Shown in pieces: positions 37,076 to 46,714 of a DNA stretch of 64,000 nucleotides. The notes beneath the pieces were generated by a model, which worked only from the letters and a program-made list of their open reading frames with translations, searched no databases and was not told where the DNA came from. Position 1 is the first letter of the stretch; every line of letters begins with the position of its first letter. The position numbers and the translations under genes were made by a program. The stretch is from an uncultured delta proteobacterium (lineage in GTDB: Bacteria > Myxococcota_A > Polyangia > Polyangiales > Polyangiaceae), in contig CAWJCS010000001.1 in the NCBI GenBank assembly GCA_963841435.1, forward strand, positions 32,001 to 96,000, read 5' to 3'.

Positions 37076-39291
37076 ATGTCGGGCACGGGGGGTGCCACCA
37101 TGCCGTTGCCGATGTGAAACCCGGGGTGCGGCGGCTGGTTGTACGCCGTGTTCTGCCACGAGATGGCGACGCGGTACTGCGGATCGTGCATGAGCGTGTA
37201 GATGCGGCGCGCGGTCACGTCGGTCGTCGTGTAGAGCCGCAGGCCGGTGTTGTTCGACTCGCGCCAGATGATCTCTTCGCGCCAGTCGCCCAAGAGATCC
37301 GCCGTGAGCGTGGGCGTGGACTTGGTGCCGTTGTTCGATGCGCACTGACTGCAGGAAAGCAGGCTGCCGCTCTGCCCGTATTTGGTGATGGACGTCCCGT
37401 CCTCGAGCTCGCGCGTCTCGTCGGCGTCCCACCAGATGAGAAAGTTTTGCGAGCTCGGCTTCGTCCCGGTCGTCGCATTGCTCGTCGCGGAATGCAGGTC
37501 GTTGACGCTCGACGCCCACATCTCGGCGCCCGGGCTGGTCGGGTCGATGTCGTCGGCGACGGCGCGGCCCGTATCGGCGCCGTTCACGCCGCTTTCCTGG
37601 ATGATGGCGCACGTTTTGGCGTCGCGAACGTGATACGCGGGGTGCGCGCCGTCCTCGTTGGGCATGAACACCTCGAGCCCTGGGCGCGAGGGAATGAGGT
37701 CGCCGACGTGCAGTGAGTCGCCGTGGTTGTAGCCCGTCGAGCAAAGTCCGCGCCCGTCGTTGTCGATGGCCATCGCGCCGTAGAGGATTTCCTGGCCGGG
37801 GTCGTCGTCGACGTTGGCGACCGAGAGGCTGTGCGCGCCCTGGCCCGAGTAGGCGTGGTTGTTGGCGTCGCGCGGGGTCGCGTTGCTGTCGAACTTCCAG
37901 AGCTGGGTGATCTTACCGCCGCGGAAGTTCCACGCGGTGAGCGTCGTGCGCGTGTAGTAGCCGCGCGCCATCACGAAGCTCGGCGTACCGGTGTCGTCGA
38001 GGTACGCGGCCGTTGCGAGGAAACGGTCAACGCGATTGCCGTAGTCGTCGCCCCACGACGAGACGGTGCCGCGCGCCTGATCGAAGGCGACCGTGTCGCG
38101 CTCCGCGCCCGTCTGCCCGTCGAAGACGGTGAGGTACTCCGGGCCGCTCAGCACGTAGCCGTCGCCGTTGCGGTAGACCGCCGAGTCGTCGTCGTTCGAT
38201 GCCGGACCGAGCGAGAGGAGCTTGCCGGTGCCGTCCTTCGTGCCTGGCGCCGTCTTCACCGCCATCTCGGCCTTGCCGTCGCCGTCGTAGTCGAACACCA
38301 TGAACTGTGTGTAGTGCGCGCCCGCGCGGATGTTCGGGCCGAGATCGATGCGCCAGAGCCGCGTGCCGTCGAGCTTGAGCACGTCGATGAAAACGTCGTC
38401 GGTGACGCCGGACTGCGAGTTGTCCTTTGCGTTGCTCGGGTCCCACTTGAGGAAGATCTCGTAGACGCCGTCGCCGTCCACGTCGCCGACGCTGCCGTCG
38501 TTGGCGCTGTAGCCCGACCCGGGCGCCTGGATGGGAATGCGCAGGTAGTTTTGCGCCCAAGGTGTCGCGGCCGGCGACGCGGCGCCTTCCACGCCGCCGA
38601 TCACGGCCGACACCGTGTACGACGACTGCGCCGTGCCCGCCGTGTCGCGGTAGTTCGTGCTGTCCGTCACGTTCGCGACCAGCGCCCCGTCACGGTAAAG
38701 GTTGTACGAAATGTTCGCGGGGTTGGTCGCGTCGTACTCGTAGCCGAACATGCGCCACCCGACGTAGATGCCACCCTGGACGACGACGGCGACGACGCCG
38801 CGATCCAGATCCTCCATCTGGTAAAAGCCGTCGGGCGCGCCCGCCGCGCCGCCGCCGCCCCCGCCGGCGGCACCCGTGCCACCGAGCCCCGCGCCGTCAC
38901 CCGCCGCCCCCGCAACACCTGCCGTGCCGCCGAGGGGTCCCGCGCCGGCTCCTCCAGCGCCAGCGCCGCCTTGCCCACCGGCTCCCGAGTTGGCCGCCTG
39001 GCCGGCCACGCCGCCCGTCAGCGCTGCGCCCGCCGCTCCGCCGCTCGCCCCGCCGGTTCCGAGCCCAGCTGCCCCCCCGGTCCCGCCCTGACCGCCGCCG
39101 GTAGCGCCGCCCGCCGAAAGGGTGCCGGATGCCCCGCTCGAGCCGCCCGAGGCCGGCGTCCCGCCCGAACCGGCGTCGGTTCCCGACGAGGACTCGAGGG
39201 CGCACGCGGGAACGAGCGCGGCGGCGAGCGTGACGAGCGTGGCGGCGGCGGGCAGGCGTGAGGGGGACGGCGGGCGCATGTCGGGACTCAT
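37063..39291 (-). CDS. Rhamnogalacturonan lyase, polysaccharide lyase family 11 (YesW/YesX-like), lipoprotein with a Gly-rich linker
   Basis: QMEDLDRGVVAV, YSANDGSVGDVDGDG, NIRAGAHYTQF, GNRVDRFLA, RGYYTR, SNNGTKSTP, GDWREE, TLMHDPQYR, YNQPPH. Confidence 0.95.
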   Translation of the reverse strand: MSPDMRPPSPSRLPAAATLVTLAAALVPACALESSSGTDAGSGGTPASGGSSGASGTLSAGGATGGGQGGTGGAAGLGTGGASGGAAGAALTGGVAGQAANSGAGGQGGAGAGGAGAGPLGGTAGVAGAAGDGAGLGGTGAAGGGGGGAAGAPDGFYQMEDLDRGVVAVVVQGGIYVGWRMFGYEYDATNPANISYNLYRDGALVANVTDSTNYRDTAGTAQSSYTVSAVIGGVEGAASPAATPWAQNYLRIPIQAPGSGYSANDGSVGDVDGDGVYEIFLKWDPSNAKDNSQSGVTDDVFIDVLKLDGTRLWRIDLGPNIRAGAHYTQFMVFDYDGDGKAEMAVKTAPGTKDGTGKLLSLGPASNDDDSAVYRNGDGYVLSGPEYLTVFDGQTGAERDTVAFDQARGTVSSWGDDYGNRVDRFLATAAYLDDTGTPSFVMARGYYTRTTLTAWNFRGGKITQLWKFDSNATPRDANNHAYSGQGAHSLSVANVDDDPGQEILYGAMAIDNDGRGLCSTGYNHGDSLHVGDLIPSRPGLEVFMPNEDGAHPAYHVRDAKTCAIIQESGVNGADTGRAVADDIDPTSPGAEMWASSVNDLHSATSNATTGTKPSSQNFLIWWDADETRELEDGTSITKYGQSGSLLSCSQCASNNGTKSTPTLTADLLGDWREEIIWRESNNTGLRLYTTTDVTARRIYTLMHDPQYRVAISWQNTAYNQPPHPGFHIGNGMVAPPVPDIHVR

Positions 39292-39389
39292 TTTCAGACG
39301 CAGAGTGGGGGCCGATTCGGTCACCGACCTGAACGCCTCGCCTCTTTCTTTCCCGGCCCGCGGGGCCCCTGCTAACGGACCCGAGGGTG

Positions 39390-39867
39390 ATGCGCTCGTC
39401 GGTACCGATCGGTCTGGCTCTGGCCATATCTTGGGCGGGCTGCGTCAGCCCGCCACCGCCGTCCGAGCGCGCCAGCGACGCCGCGCGTCAGCTGAACGTG
39501 TCTTCTCGCTTCGGCGACGTGGCAGGCGTCATCGACCTCACGGCCCCCGGCATGCGCCAGACGTTCCAGAAGCGCCGCGAGGCCTGGGGCAAGATGGTGC
39601 GCGTCGTCGACGTTCGAGCTCGCGTCGCTGACGCTACCCGACGCGGACCACGCGACGGTCGTGGTCGACTTTTCCTGGACGCGGATCGATCAGGGCACGC
39701 TGCGCACGACGCGCGTTGCCCAGCAGTGGGAATCAGTCGACGGACCGTGGTTGCTAGTGCGCGAAAAGCGCGTCAGCGGCGACATCGGTCTGTTCGGAGA
39801 GGCGCTCGCCGAGCTCGACGAGGCCCCGCGCCCCAACGTTCAGTTCGCGACCAAGGTCATTCCCTGA
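39390..39867 (+). CDS. Hypothetical lipoprotein; interrupted by a +1 frameshift at about 39613
   Basis: Lipobox WAGC; removing one T gives RVVDVELASLTLPDADHATVVVDFSWTRIDQGTLRTTRVAQQW...GDIGLFGE. Confidence 0.72.
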
Positions 39868-39883
39868 CCCGGTCCCGCGCCGA

Positions 39884-40036
39884 CTAGGAGCTCTGAGCCT
39901 TCTTGCGCGGCGCCTTCTTGGCCGTCTGGCGCTTGCCGCGGGTGTCCGTGGCGCGCCGCTTGGCCCGCGCCTTCTTCTTTCCCTGGCGCTTGCGCCGAGA
40001 CATCTTCTGCGAGTTGCGAGAGTCGAACTTTCCCAT
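39884..40036 (-). CDS. Putative 50-aa highly basic small protein (below the ORF-track cutoff)
   Basis: MGKFDSRNSQKMSRRKRQGKKKARAKRRATDTRGKRQTAKKAPRKKAQSS*; AAG/CGC/GCC host codon use. Confidence 0.68.
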   Translation of the reverse strand: MGKFDSRNSQKMSRRKRQGKKKARAKRRATDTRGKRQTAKKAPRKKAQSS

Positions 40037-40096
40037 GGGCTTCGGGCGCGGACCGTATCACCGTCCCGGCGCGCGGCGAAAGGGGGCGTTCAGCTT

Positions 40097-40354
40097 TCAG
40101 CCGCTCGAAACGTCTTCGAGGGCGCGCTCGCGATCGCGCACCTCGAGTCGGTAACGGCTGTTGACGGTCTCGATGTAGAAGATGTCCCGCGTGGCCAGGC
40201 GCAGGACGCGCTTGACGGGCGTGGTCACGTACTCGTGCATCCCATCGGAGAATTCGATCACGACCACCGAGCCGCGGCGCGGAGCCCGCACCAGGCGACC
40301 GGCTACCGCGCGCGATCCGCGACCGAGCTTTCTCAGCACGACCTGCACGTTCAC
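40097..40354 (-). CDS. Hypothetical 85-aa beta-rich protein
   Basis: VVIEFSDGMHEYVTTPVKRVLR...FYIETVNSRYRLEV; GTG start downstream of AAAGGA. Confidence 0.72.
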   Translation of the reverse strand: MNVQVVLRKLGRGSRAVAGRLVRAPRRGSVVVIEFSDGMHEYVTTPVKRVLRLATRDIFYIETVNSRYRLEVRDRERALEDVSSG

Positions 40355-40529
40355 GAGTCTAGCAAGGTCCTTTCTTTAGTCCACCACGCATCGCGCTCGG
40401 TCCGTCGAACGGAGCCGAGCCAGAAGACGATACGGCCTTTTGTCCCCAATCCTCTAGCCCTGGCCGCATCTTTCCTCCGCCCTCCGCCTACACCGACGGC
40501 GGAAGTGTGCGGTCCCGGCTCGGCCGTGC

Positions 40530-41615
40530 TCAATAGGTCACCATGGCGGCGACGCGGAAGAAACCTCCGCGCAGGGCTACCTCCCCTAAATCGAGTGGCT
40601 CGAGACGCGCGGGCCCGGTCTCCGCGCTCTCTGGCTCGAACGACAGGGAGGACGCTCCGGACCAGCCGTAGCCCCCGTCCGCCACCACGAAACCCCGCGG
40701 CAGATTGGAGATGCCACGGGGCTCGCCCGCGAATTCGAACGCCGCGCCCGCGCTCAGATCGGTGGAGAAAGCCCAGCTCGAGTCCATACGGTCAACGCCA
40801 GCGCCACCATCCCGCAGGGTGGCGTCCCAGTGGAGTGCGCCGGGGGCGATGCGCGCGAACGCGAACAGTCGGCGCAGAAAGTGGTAGCGCCCCTCGAGAC
40901 CGATCGACAGGCGGTGCACCGAGATCGACGTGTCGGCGCCGCGCGCAGTGGCGTTCGACTCGCCCCAGTCCCACAGCGCGAGCGCCGCGAACGACAGATC
41001 CTCGAGCGCGTAGACAGTGCGGCCCACGCCGAGTGACGATTGCGTGAGGGCGTTGTCGTCGCTGAACGGGTCGTAGCCCGAGCCCGGGATGAAACCGAAG
41101 CGGACGCCAAGGACCCCGATGAGGTGCTCTTGGTGAGAGCCCATCAGGCCGTCGTCGGGCGTGGCCTCGGCAGCGGGCGTCTCGGGGGTGCGCTTCTGCG
41201 ACTGGATGAACTGTAGCGCCGGCGACGGCTCCCCGGGCCCTGCGGCGGCTTCGCCACCGGCTCCCGCACCCTCGGGCGCCAGAGCGGCCGAGCTCTCGTC
41301 GCCTGCCGCGGGGGAAGAGGCTTGTGGTGATTCGTCGTCAGGACCCATGTCTGGGGGCGGCGTGGAAGCGGCGGGCGCCGTGGGGCCGGGTGCGGCGGGT
41401 TTCGGAGACGCCGCGGGGGGAGGGGCCGCCGCCGGCTCGGCGGGGGGCGTCGCCGTCGGCGCGGCGGCGGAGGGCGCTCCGGGAGCCGCCGGCGCGGCCG
41501 TGCTCGGCGCGGCGGCGGCGCGCGCGGGCGTCGCGAGCGAGAGCGCCGCAACCGAGAGCATCGAAACGGAGAAGGCGCCGCTAAGCGTCGCCCCGGAACG
41601 GCTCGAGCGACTCAT
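40530..41615 (-). CDS. Putative outer-membrane beta-barrel protein with a Pro/Ala-rich N-terminal linker
   Basis: Signal peptide ending ARA, about 120-aa P/A/E linker, then about 200 aa of alternating amphipathic strands ending FFRVAAMVTY (aromatic beta-signal); ATGA overlap. Confidence 0.72.
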   Translation of the reverse strand: MSRSSRSGATLSGAFSVSMLSVAALSLATPARAAAAPSTAAPAAPGAPSAAAPTATPPAEPAAAPPPAASPKPAAPGPTAPAASTPPPDMGPDDESPQASSPAAGDESSAALAPEGAGAGGEAAAGPGEPSPALQFIQSQKRTPETPAAEATPDDGLMGSHQEHLIGVLGVRFGFIPGSGYDPFSDDNALTQSSLGVGRTVYALEDLSFAALALWDWGESNATARGADTSISVHRLSIGLEGRYHFLRRLFAFARIAPGALHWDATLRDGGAGVDRMDSSWAFSTDLSAGAAFEFAGEPRGISNLPRGFVVADGGYGWSGASSLSFEPESAETGPARLEPLDLGEVALRGGFFRVAAMVTY

Positions 41616-43196
41616 TTTTCAATCCCTTCGTAAACGATGCCACTAAAGAAACGCGTGTTCGCGCTATCGGGGTCGAGCGCGTTGAGCAGCGTTGCCGCGA
41701 GGTCGCCGTCAACCTGGTGCAACACCAGTGCAGTGCGCCCTTCGTCGTCGCTGCCTGGACGCGCGAGATCGAACACGCCCGTGATCGGGCGCTCCGTCGT
41801 GAGCGACGCCGCATGCAGGTTGCCGAGGTCGATGCTCGCGAAATCGACGCCACCCGGTAGATAGGCCCAGAGCCTACGGCCGTCGGGGGCCGGGCTCAGC
41901 GAAAAATTCCGCCCGTTGGTGTCCATCGGCGCCGTCTCGCGCGTCGCGAGGTCGAGCACGAAGAAGTCGCCGCTGTTGCTCTCGAGGATCTTGTAGGTCG
42001 GGTACGCGGTGCCCGGCACGTCCAGGACCTCCCTCACCGTCGTGCCGACGCTCACCGTCTGCAGTCCGCGGCTCGTTGCGGTCGAACTGGCCGAGGTTCC
42101 AGAGCCCGACGGTCTGCGCCTGGTCGCTCCACAAGAGCGCTACGTCGTTCGTCGAGGCGTCGAGGTCATCCGTCACGCGCGTGATGGCCTTGAACGCCGT
42201 GGACATGCCGACCTTCACGCTGTTGCTCGTGTGCGGGTCGACGAGCGCCGCCGTCGAGCCGACGAGGGCGAGCAAACGGACGCCCGCGTTGGTGCGCACG
42301 AACTCGATCGTGGTCGGCTGCCCGCCTACCTCGAGGAGATTCGGCTTGAGATCGAAAGCGTTGTCGGTGTCGGCGGGCGAGGCGAGCGACAGCAGAAGCA
42401 CGCTGGAATCGCCGCTGACGCGCACGGCAAGCTCGGCGTCCAGGGCCTTCGCCGGGTCGTCGTCGACGACGGCGTCGTGAAAGACGACCTGGACCGGTGC
42501 GCCGACGGCACCCGTCTGATTGTGCGGCATCTCCATGCGAAGCTGGTTCGATTCGGCGCTCGCCGCGTCGGAAAGGTCGAGCAACACGACGTCGCGCTCG
42601 GTCTGCACGACGAGGAAGCGACGCGGCTCTCCGTTCGGCACGCTCAATGTGTCGGTGAACAGGAAGCTCTTCGGGCTGCTGCCGCCGCTCTGCACGGTGA
42701 CGGGGATCGGGTCGGCGTCCTCGTGCAGGAGGTCGATCAAAATGACCTCGTTCGGGTTGTTGACGGCGCGGCTGTCGTTCGACGTGACGTACGCGAGTGC
42801 CCACTCCATCTGGGGATCGATCATCAGGCCGCTGAGCGGGTCGGTGAACTCGTACGAGCGGTTCACGCGCGGCGGGTCGGTGTCGATGATGGTGAGGCGC
42901 GGCAGCTCGTCGGCCGGGTTACGCCGCGGCTGGATGCCGCGCGAGAGCACGAAAAGCTGCTTGCCGTCGGGCGACGCCTTGGTGGTGGCGACGTTCAGCC
43001 CGACGGGCAATGCGTCCACCTTTAGCTCGAGCGGTCCAGGCGACGACAGCATCAGGACCCGATTGAGGGTGGGGTCGAGCACGGCGACGGACGAGTCCAG
43101 GCCCACGGTCTGCTGCGGCGTGAACGGCGTATCCCACGCCGCGGGGCGACCACCGCAAGCGCACAAGAGAAGCGAAAGCCCCAGCGTTCTGTTCAT
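41612..43196 (-). CDS. Beta-propeller-like lipoprotein; interrupted by a +1 frameshift at about 42086
   Basis: MNRTLGLSLLLCAC lipobox; SPDGKQLFV and APDGRRLWA blade motifs. Removing the base at 42086 joins the two ORFs (GQSTATSRGLQTVSVGTTV); ATGA overlaps on both sides. Confidence 0.78.
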
Positions 43197-44896
43197 GGTT
43201 TTTCCACCTTGGCCGCGAGCTCGAAGCCGGTGAGCGTTCGCGCTGCGCCATCTTCGAGGTCGACGAACGTGATCCGGCCCTCGGGGTGCGCCTGCGCCAC
43301 GAAGGCGCGCTTGGCATCTTCCACCATGCCGGCGGCCAGCGGCGGGCTCGGCAGCGCGTAGAAGTTTTCCTCGAGGTTGTCGAGGTACACGAGGTACATG
43401 CCGTACGACGCCTTCGCGAGGTCGCGCGTCGCGATCACCGCGGTGCCGCCGTCGGAAGCGAAGCTCACGGCCACGGGTGGCGCGTCCGTCCCGATGAGCT
43501 TCGGCGCGCGGTCCGTTTGCGCCGAGACGATGCTGAAGGCTCCCGCCTTGCGGCTGTTGCTGGCGGGCGACTGAAAGGCGATGCCGTGCAGCGCATCGGG
43601 CGCGGCGAACGCCGCCAGCACGGGCGCCCGGAGGTCGAGCGCGCGGCCCTCGAACCTCTGCCAGTCCGAGGCGCTCGTGAGCACGGTGAGGTACTGGTTC
43701 ATCTCCGCGTTCGCGTAAAGGAGCGCGAGCGACGTGTCGGGCGAGAGCGATACGCTGCGCGAAACGACGTTGTCGACGCTCGCGCGCGGGAACGTCGCCG
43801 GGTCTCGATGCCCGGGCGGCACCGGCACGACGACGAGCGTCGAGCCCGCGACGGCGAAGGCGCTCTTACCGTCCGTCGAGAGATCGAGGTCCGTCACGAA
43901 GTTGCCGAGGTCCACGCCCTGCCGCTCGCCCGTCACGGTGTCGACGAACCCGAGCGCGCGCGTCGCGTCAACGCGTACGACGGCGAGCGCGCCGTCCGGC
44001 GTCACGCTCACGTCGCGTGCCGCCTGATCCGCGACGGGATCGTCGGTGAGCTCGATGAGGCTGCCCGCGCGCGGCACGTCGCCGAGCTCGATGATGCTCA
44101 GGCCCGGTTCGGTCACGATGAAGGCGCGCGTTTCGTCCTCGTCGAAGGTGACGCGCGAGGGGCGGTAGCCGACGCTCAGCGTCGTGGCGCGCGGCGTGTC
44201 GCGAAGATCGACCACCGTTACGTCTTGCAGGCCGTCGGTGGGGTCGAGCGCGGTTTCGTCGAACTGGGCTGCGTCGGTCCAGGCCACGGCCCATTGCCCG
44301 CGCGGCGATACGGCGACGGCATTGGCGCCGGCGTGCGTGGGGACGGTCGTGGCGGCGATCGCACCTTGGTCGTCGATGCTGACGATGGTCGCGTCTTCGC
44401 TTCCGACGTTGAGCACGATGGCGCCGTCCCGGTCGTCACCGGGCAGCGCCGCGACGGTCGTGGGAGCCAGCCCGGCGTCGGCGAGGCGCACCTCGAAGGT
44501 CTCCGCGTTGATGAGCGCCACGCGGTTGGTCGTCGGGTTCGCGGTCCACACGAAACGTTTCGTAGCGACGGGCGCTTCGAACGCGCTCTCGAGCTCCTTT
44601 TCCGGAGGCGGCGGCGGCTCCTCGGGCATGCCGCCCGCCGTGCCACCCGCGTTCGTGGCGCCGGTGCCCGCCGAAGCGCCGGGTCCAGTCCCGCTGCTGC
44701 CGCCGGTCCCGACCGTCGCCGAGCTGCCGCCCGTTCCGGGCGAGGCCGCGCCGCTGCCCGAGTTCGGCGTGGGCACCCCGGATTCGGACGAACCGCTGGC
44801 ACTCCCGTCGCCGCCGCAGGCCCCGAGCGTCGTCGCGCCGAGCGCGAGCCCGACCGCGCCTGCCGCCCAGGCCGAACGGTAGCGCACGTCAGTCAC
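43193..44896 (-). CDS. Beta-propeller (YVTN/YncE-like) lipoprotein with a Gly-rich linker, paralog B
   Basis: LGAC lipobox; WTANPTTNRVALI, VSPRGQWAVAW, VGYRPSRVT, VTPDGALAVV, LSTDGKSAFAV; C-terminal AQAHPEGRITFVDLEDG..RTLTGFEL. Confidence 0.82.
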   Translation of the reverse strand: MTDVRYRSAWAAGAVGLALGATTLGACGGDGSASGSSESGVPTPNSGSGAASPGTGGSSATVGTGGSSGTGPGASAGTGATNAGGTAGGMPEEPPPPPEKELESAFEAPVATKRFVWTANPTTNRVALINAETFEVRLADAGLAPTTVAALPGDDRDGAIVLNVGSEDATIVSIDDQGAIAATTVPTHAGANAVAVSPRGQWAVAWTDAAQFDETALDPTDGLQDVTVVDLRDTPRATTLSVGYRPSRVTFDEDETRAFIVTEPGLSIIELGDVPRAGSLIELTDDPVADQAARDVSVTPDGALAVVRVDATRALGFVDTVTGERQGVDLGNFVTDLDLSTDGKSAFAVAGSTLVVVPVPPGHRDPATFPRASVDNVVSRSVSLSPDTSLALLYANAEMNQYLTVLTSASDWQRFEGRALDLRAPVLAAFAAPDALHGIAFQSPASNSRKAGAFSIVSAQTDRAPKLIGTDAPPVAVSFASDGGTAVIATRDLAKASYGMYLVYLDNLEENFYALPSPPLAAGMVEDAKRAFVAQAHPEGRITFVDLEDGAARTLTGFELAAKVEKP

Positions 44897-46700
44897 GGCC
44901 CTTCACTCCTGCTGAAAGCTCGAAGCCCGTGAGCGTGCGCGGCGTGCCGGTCTCGAGGTCGATGAAGGTGATGCGACCCTCCGGGTGCGACTGTGCGACG
45001 AATCCCACGGCCGCTTCCGGCACGAGCGCGGTCGAAAGCGGCGTGCTGCCGAGCGGGATCAGCGTGGTGTCGAGACCGGGGAAGCCACCGAGATAGACGG
45101 CGTCGATCGTGCTGCCAGGCGTCGAGCCGGGGCCGCTCACGGTGACGAGTGCTTGCTCGTCGCCCACGGCGACCGCCTGTGGCGGCGCATCCGTACCCAC
45201 GATCTTCGGCGGGAGGTTCTCGGCGACCGGAACGAGACTGAACCCGCCGGGCTTCTGGCTTCCCGGCGCCTGGCCGAGCAGCGCGATGGCGTGCGCGCCG
45301 TCGGGCGATGTCAACACGGCCTTGACCGGCGCCTGCACGACGACGGTCCGGAGCTCGGGCGTGCCGGCATAGTGAAGAATCGTCAGGTGATCGTCGGCGA
45401 CGGCGTTCGTGTAGAGGAGCGCCACGTCGCCTTCCGCCGCGACGACGACGCTGCCCACGAGGCGTGGCACGGCGATGCGCGTGAAGTCGCCCGGGTGGTC
45501 GACGATGCGCGGAATCGGCAAAATCGCGACGATCGAGCCGCCGTCGCCCGAGCTGCCGCCGCTACCACCCGCGCCGGTGCCTCCGGTACCGCCCTCGCCC
45601 GCCGCGCCGGCCGCGTACTCGCCTGCTGCGCCCGCCATGGCGTCGGCGCCGGCCTCGCCGACGAGCGCGAACGCCCCGCCTCCGTTGCCGCCGTTTCCCG
45701 AGTCGCCGAGCGCCCGTGCCACCGCGGGCGTGCGGACGACCGCGAAGGCAAGCTTGCCGTCCGGCGAGAGATCGAGGTCGGTCACGGCGCCTGGCAGCGT
45801 GACCTTGGTCGTTCCCTCACCGGCAAGCGACACGATCTCGACGTCCGGGCTGTCGAGACGCCGAACCAGCGCGAGCGTTCCGTCGGGCGTGACGGTGACG
45901 TTGCGCGTGCTCGCCGCCTCGGTGGGATCGGCCGTGACGGCGATGTCGCGCAGTACGCGGGGCTTGTCGCCGTCCGGAAGGTCGATGACGCTCACGCCGG
46001 GCTCGGCGACGACGTAGGCTTCGTGCCCGCTTTCGGCGATCGTCACGCGCGACGGCCGGTAGCCCACCGTGAGGCGTCGCCCCGCTGGAGGCGTCGCCGT
46101 GAGGTCGATCACCGTCATGTCCTGGAACCCCTCCGTCGGATCGGGGTTCTCGACGAGCGCCGCGTCGGACCAAGCGAGCGCCCAGTGACCGTCGGGGCTC
46201 ACCGTCAGCCGGTTCGCGCTCTGGTGCAGCGGCACACCGACACCGTCGATGGCGCCGCCTTTCGCGTGCAGGATCGTGGCGTCGCCGCTGCCGACGTTGA
46301 TGACCACGGCGCCCGTTTCGTCGCCGCCGGAGCCCGGAATGGCGGCAAGGTAGGTTGGCAGGAGACCGGCCTCCGTGGTCGTCACATCGAGTGACTTCGC
46401 GTCGATGAGCGCGACCCTGCCGCTTAGCGGGTTTGCGGTCCAAATCCAGCGCCCACTCACGACGGGCGCCGAATAGGTATCTTCGCTTTCGGTCTCCGGC
46501 GGCAGCGGTTGACCGGCGGTTCCACCGCTCGCCCCCTGGGCGCCGCTGCCGCCCGTGGCCCCCGTGCCGGGGACCGTCGTCCCACCAGCGGTATCGTTGC
46601 TGTTCAAACTCGCGCTGCACGCGGCCGCGAGCGAGAGCACCGCCATCGCGAAGAGCCAGGGCCTCGTGCCCGAGCGACCACCTCTACGTAAGCCCGACAA
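44889..46700 (-). CDS. Beta-propeller (YVTN/YncE-like) lipoprotein with a Gly-rich linker, paralog A
   Basis: TTG start giving MSGLRRGGRSGTRPWLFAMAVLSLAAAC; motifs colinear with paralog B (WTANPLSGRVALI, VGYRPSRVT, AQSHPEGRITFIDLETG..RTLTGFEL). Confidence 0.82.
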   Translation of the reverse strand: MSGLRRGGRSGTRPWLFAMAVLSLAAACSASLNSNDTAGGTTVPGTGATGGSGAQGASGGTAGQPLPPETESEDTYSAPVVSGRWIWTANPLSGRVALIDAKSLDVTTTEAGLLPTYLAAIPGSGGDETGAVVINVGSGDATILHAKGGAIDGVGVPLHQSANRLTVSPDGHWALAWSDAALVENPDPTEGFQDMTVIDLTATPPAGRRLTVGYRPSRVTIAESGHEAYVVAEPGVSVIDLPDGDKPRVLRDIAVTADPTEAASTRNVTVTPDGTLALVRRLDSPDVEIVSLAGEGTTKVTLPGAVTDLDLSPDGKLAFAVVRTPAVARALGDSGNGGNGGGAFALVGEAGADAMAGAAGEYAAGAAGEGGTGGTGAGGSGGSSGDGGSIVAILPIPRIVDHPGDFTRIAVPRLVGSVVVAAEGDVALLYTNAVADDHLTILHYAGTPELRTVVVQAPVKAVLTSPDGAHAIALLGQAPGSQKPGGFSLVPVAENLPPKIVGTDAPPQAVAVGDEQALVTVSGPGSTPGSTIDAVYLGGFPGLDTTLIPLGSTPLSTALVPEAAVGFVAQSHPEGRITFIDLETGTPRTLTGFELSAGVKGRD

Positions 46701-46714
46701 CGTACCCCCCAGCG

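Noticed and set aside
39884-40036. Assignment of the basic microprotein as ribosomal protein bTHX
   Set aside because: Only the first residues resemble it and the RGKI..G..GK core is absent; left as unknown.
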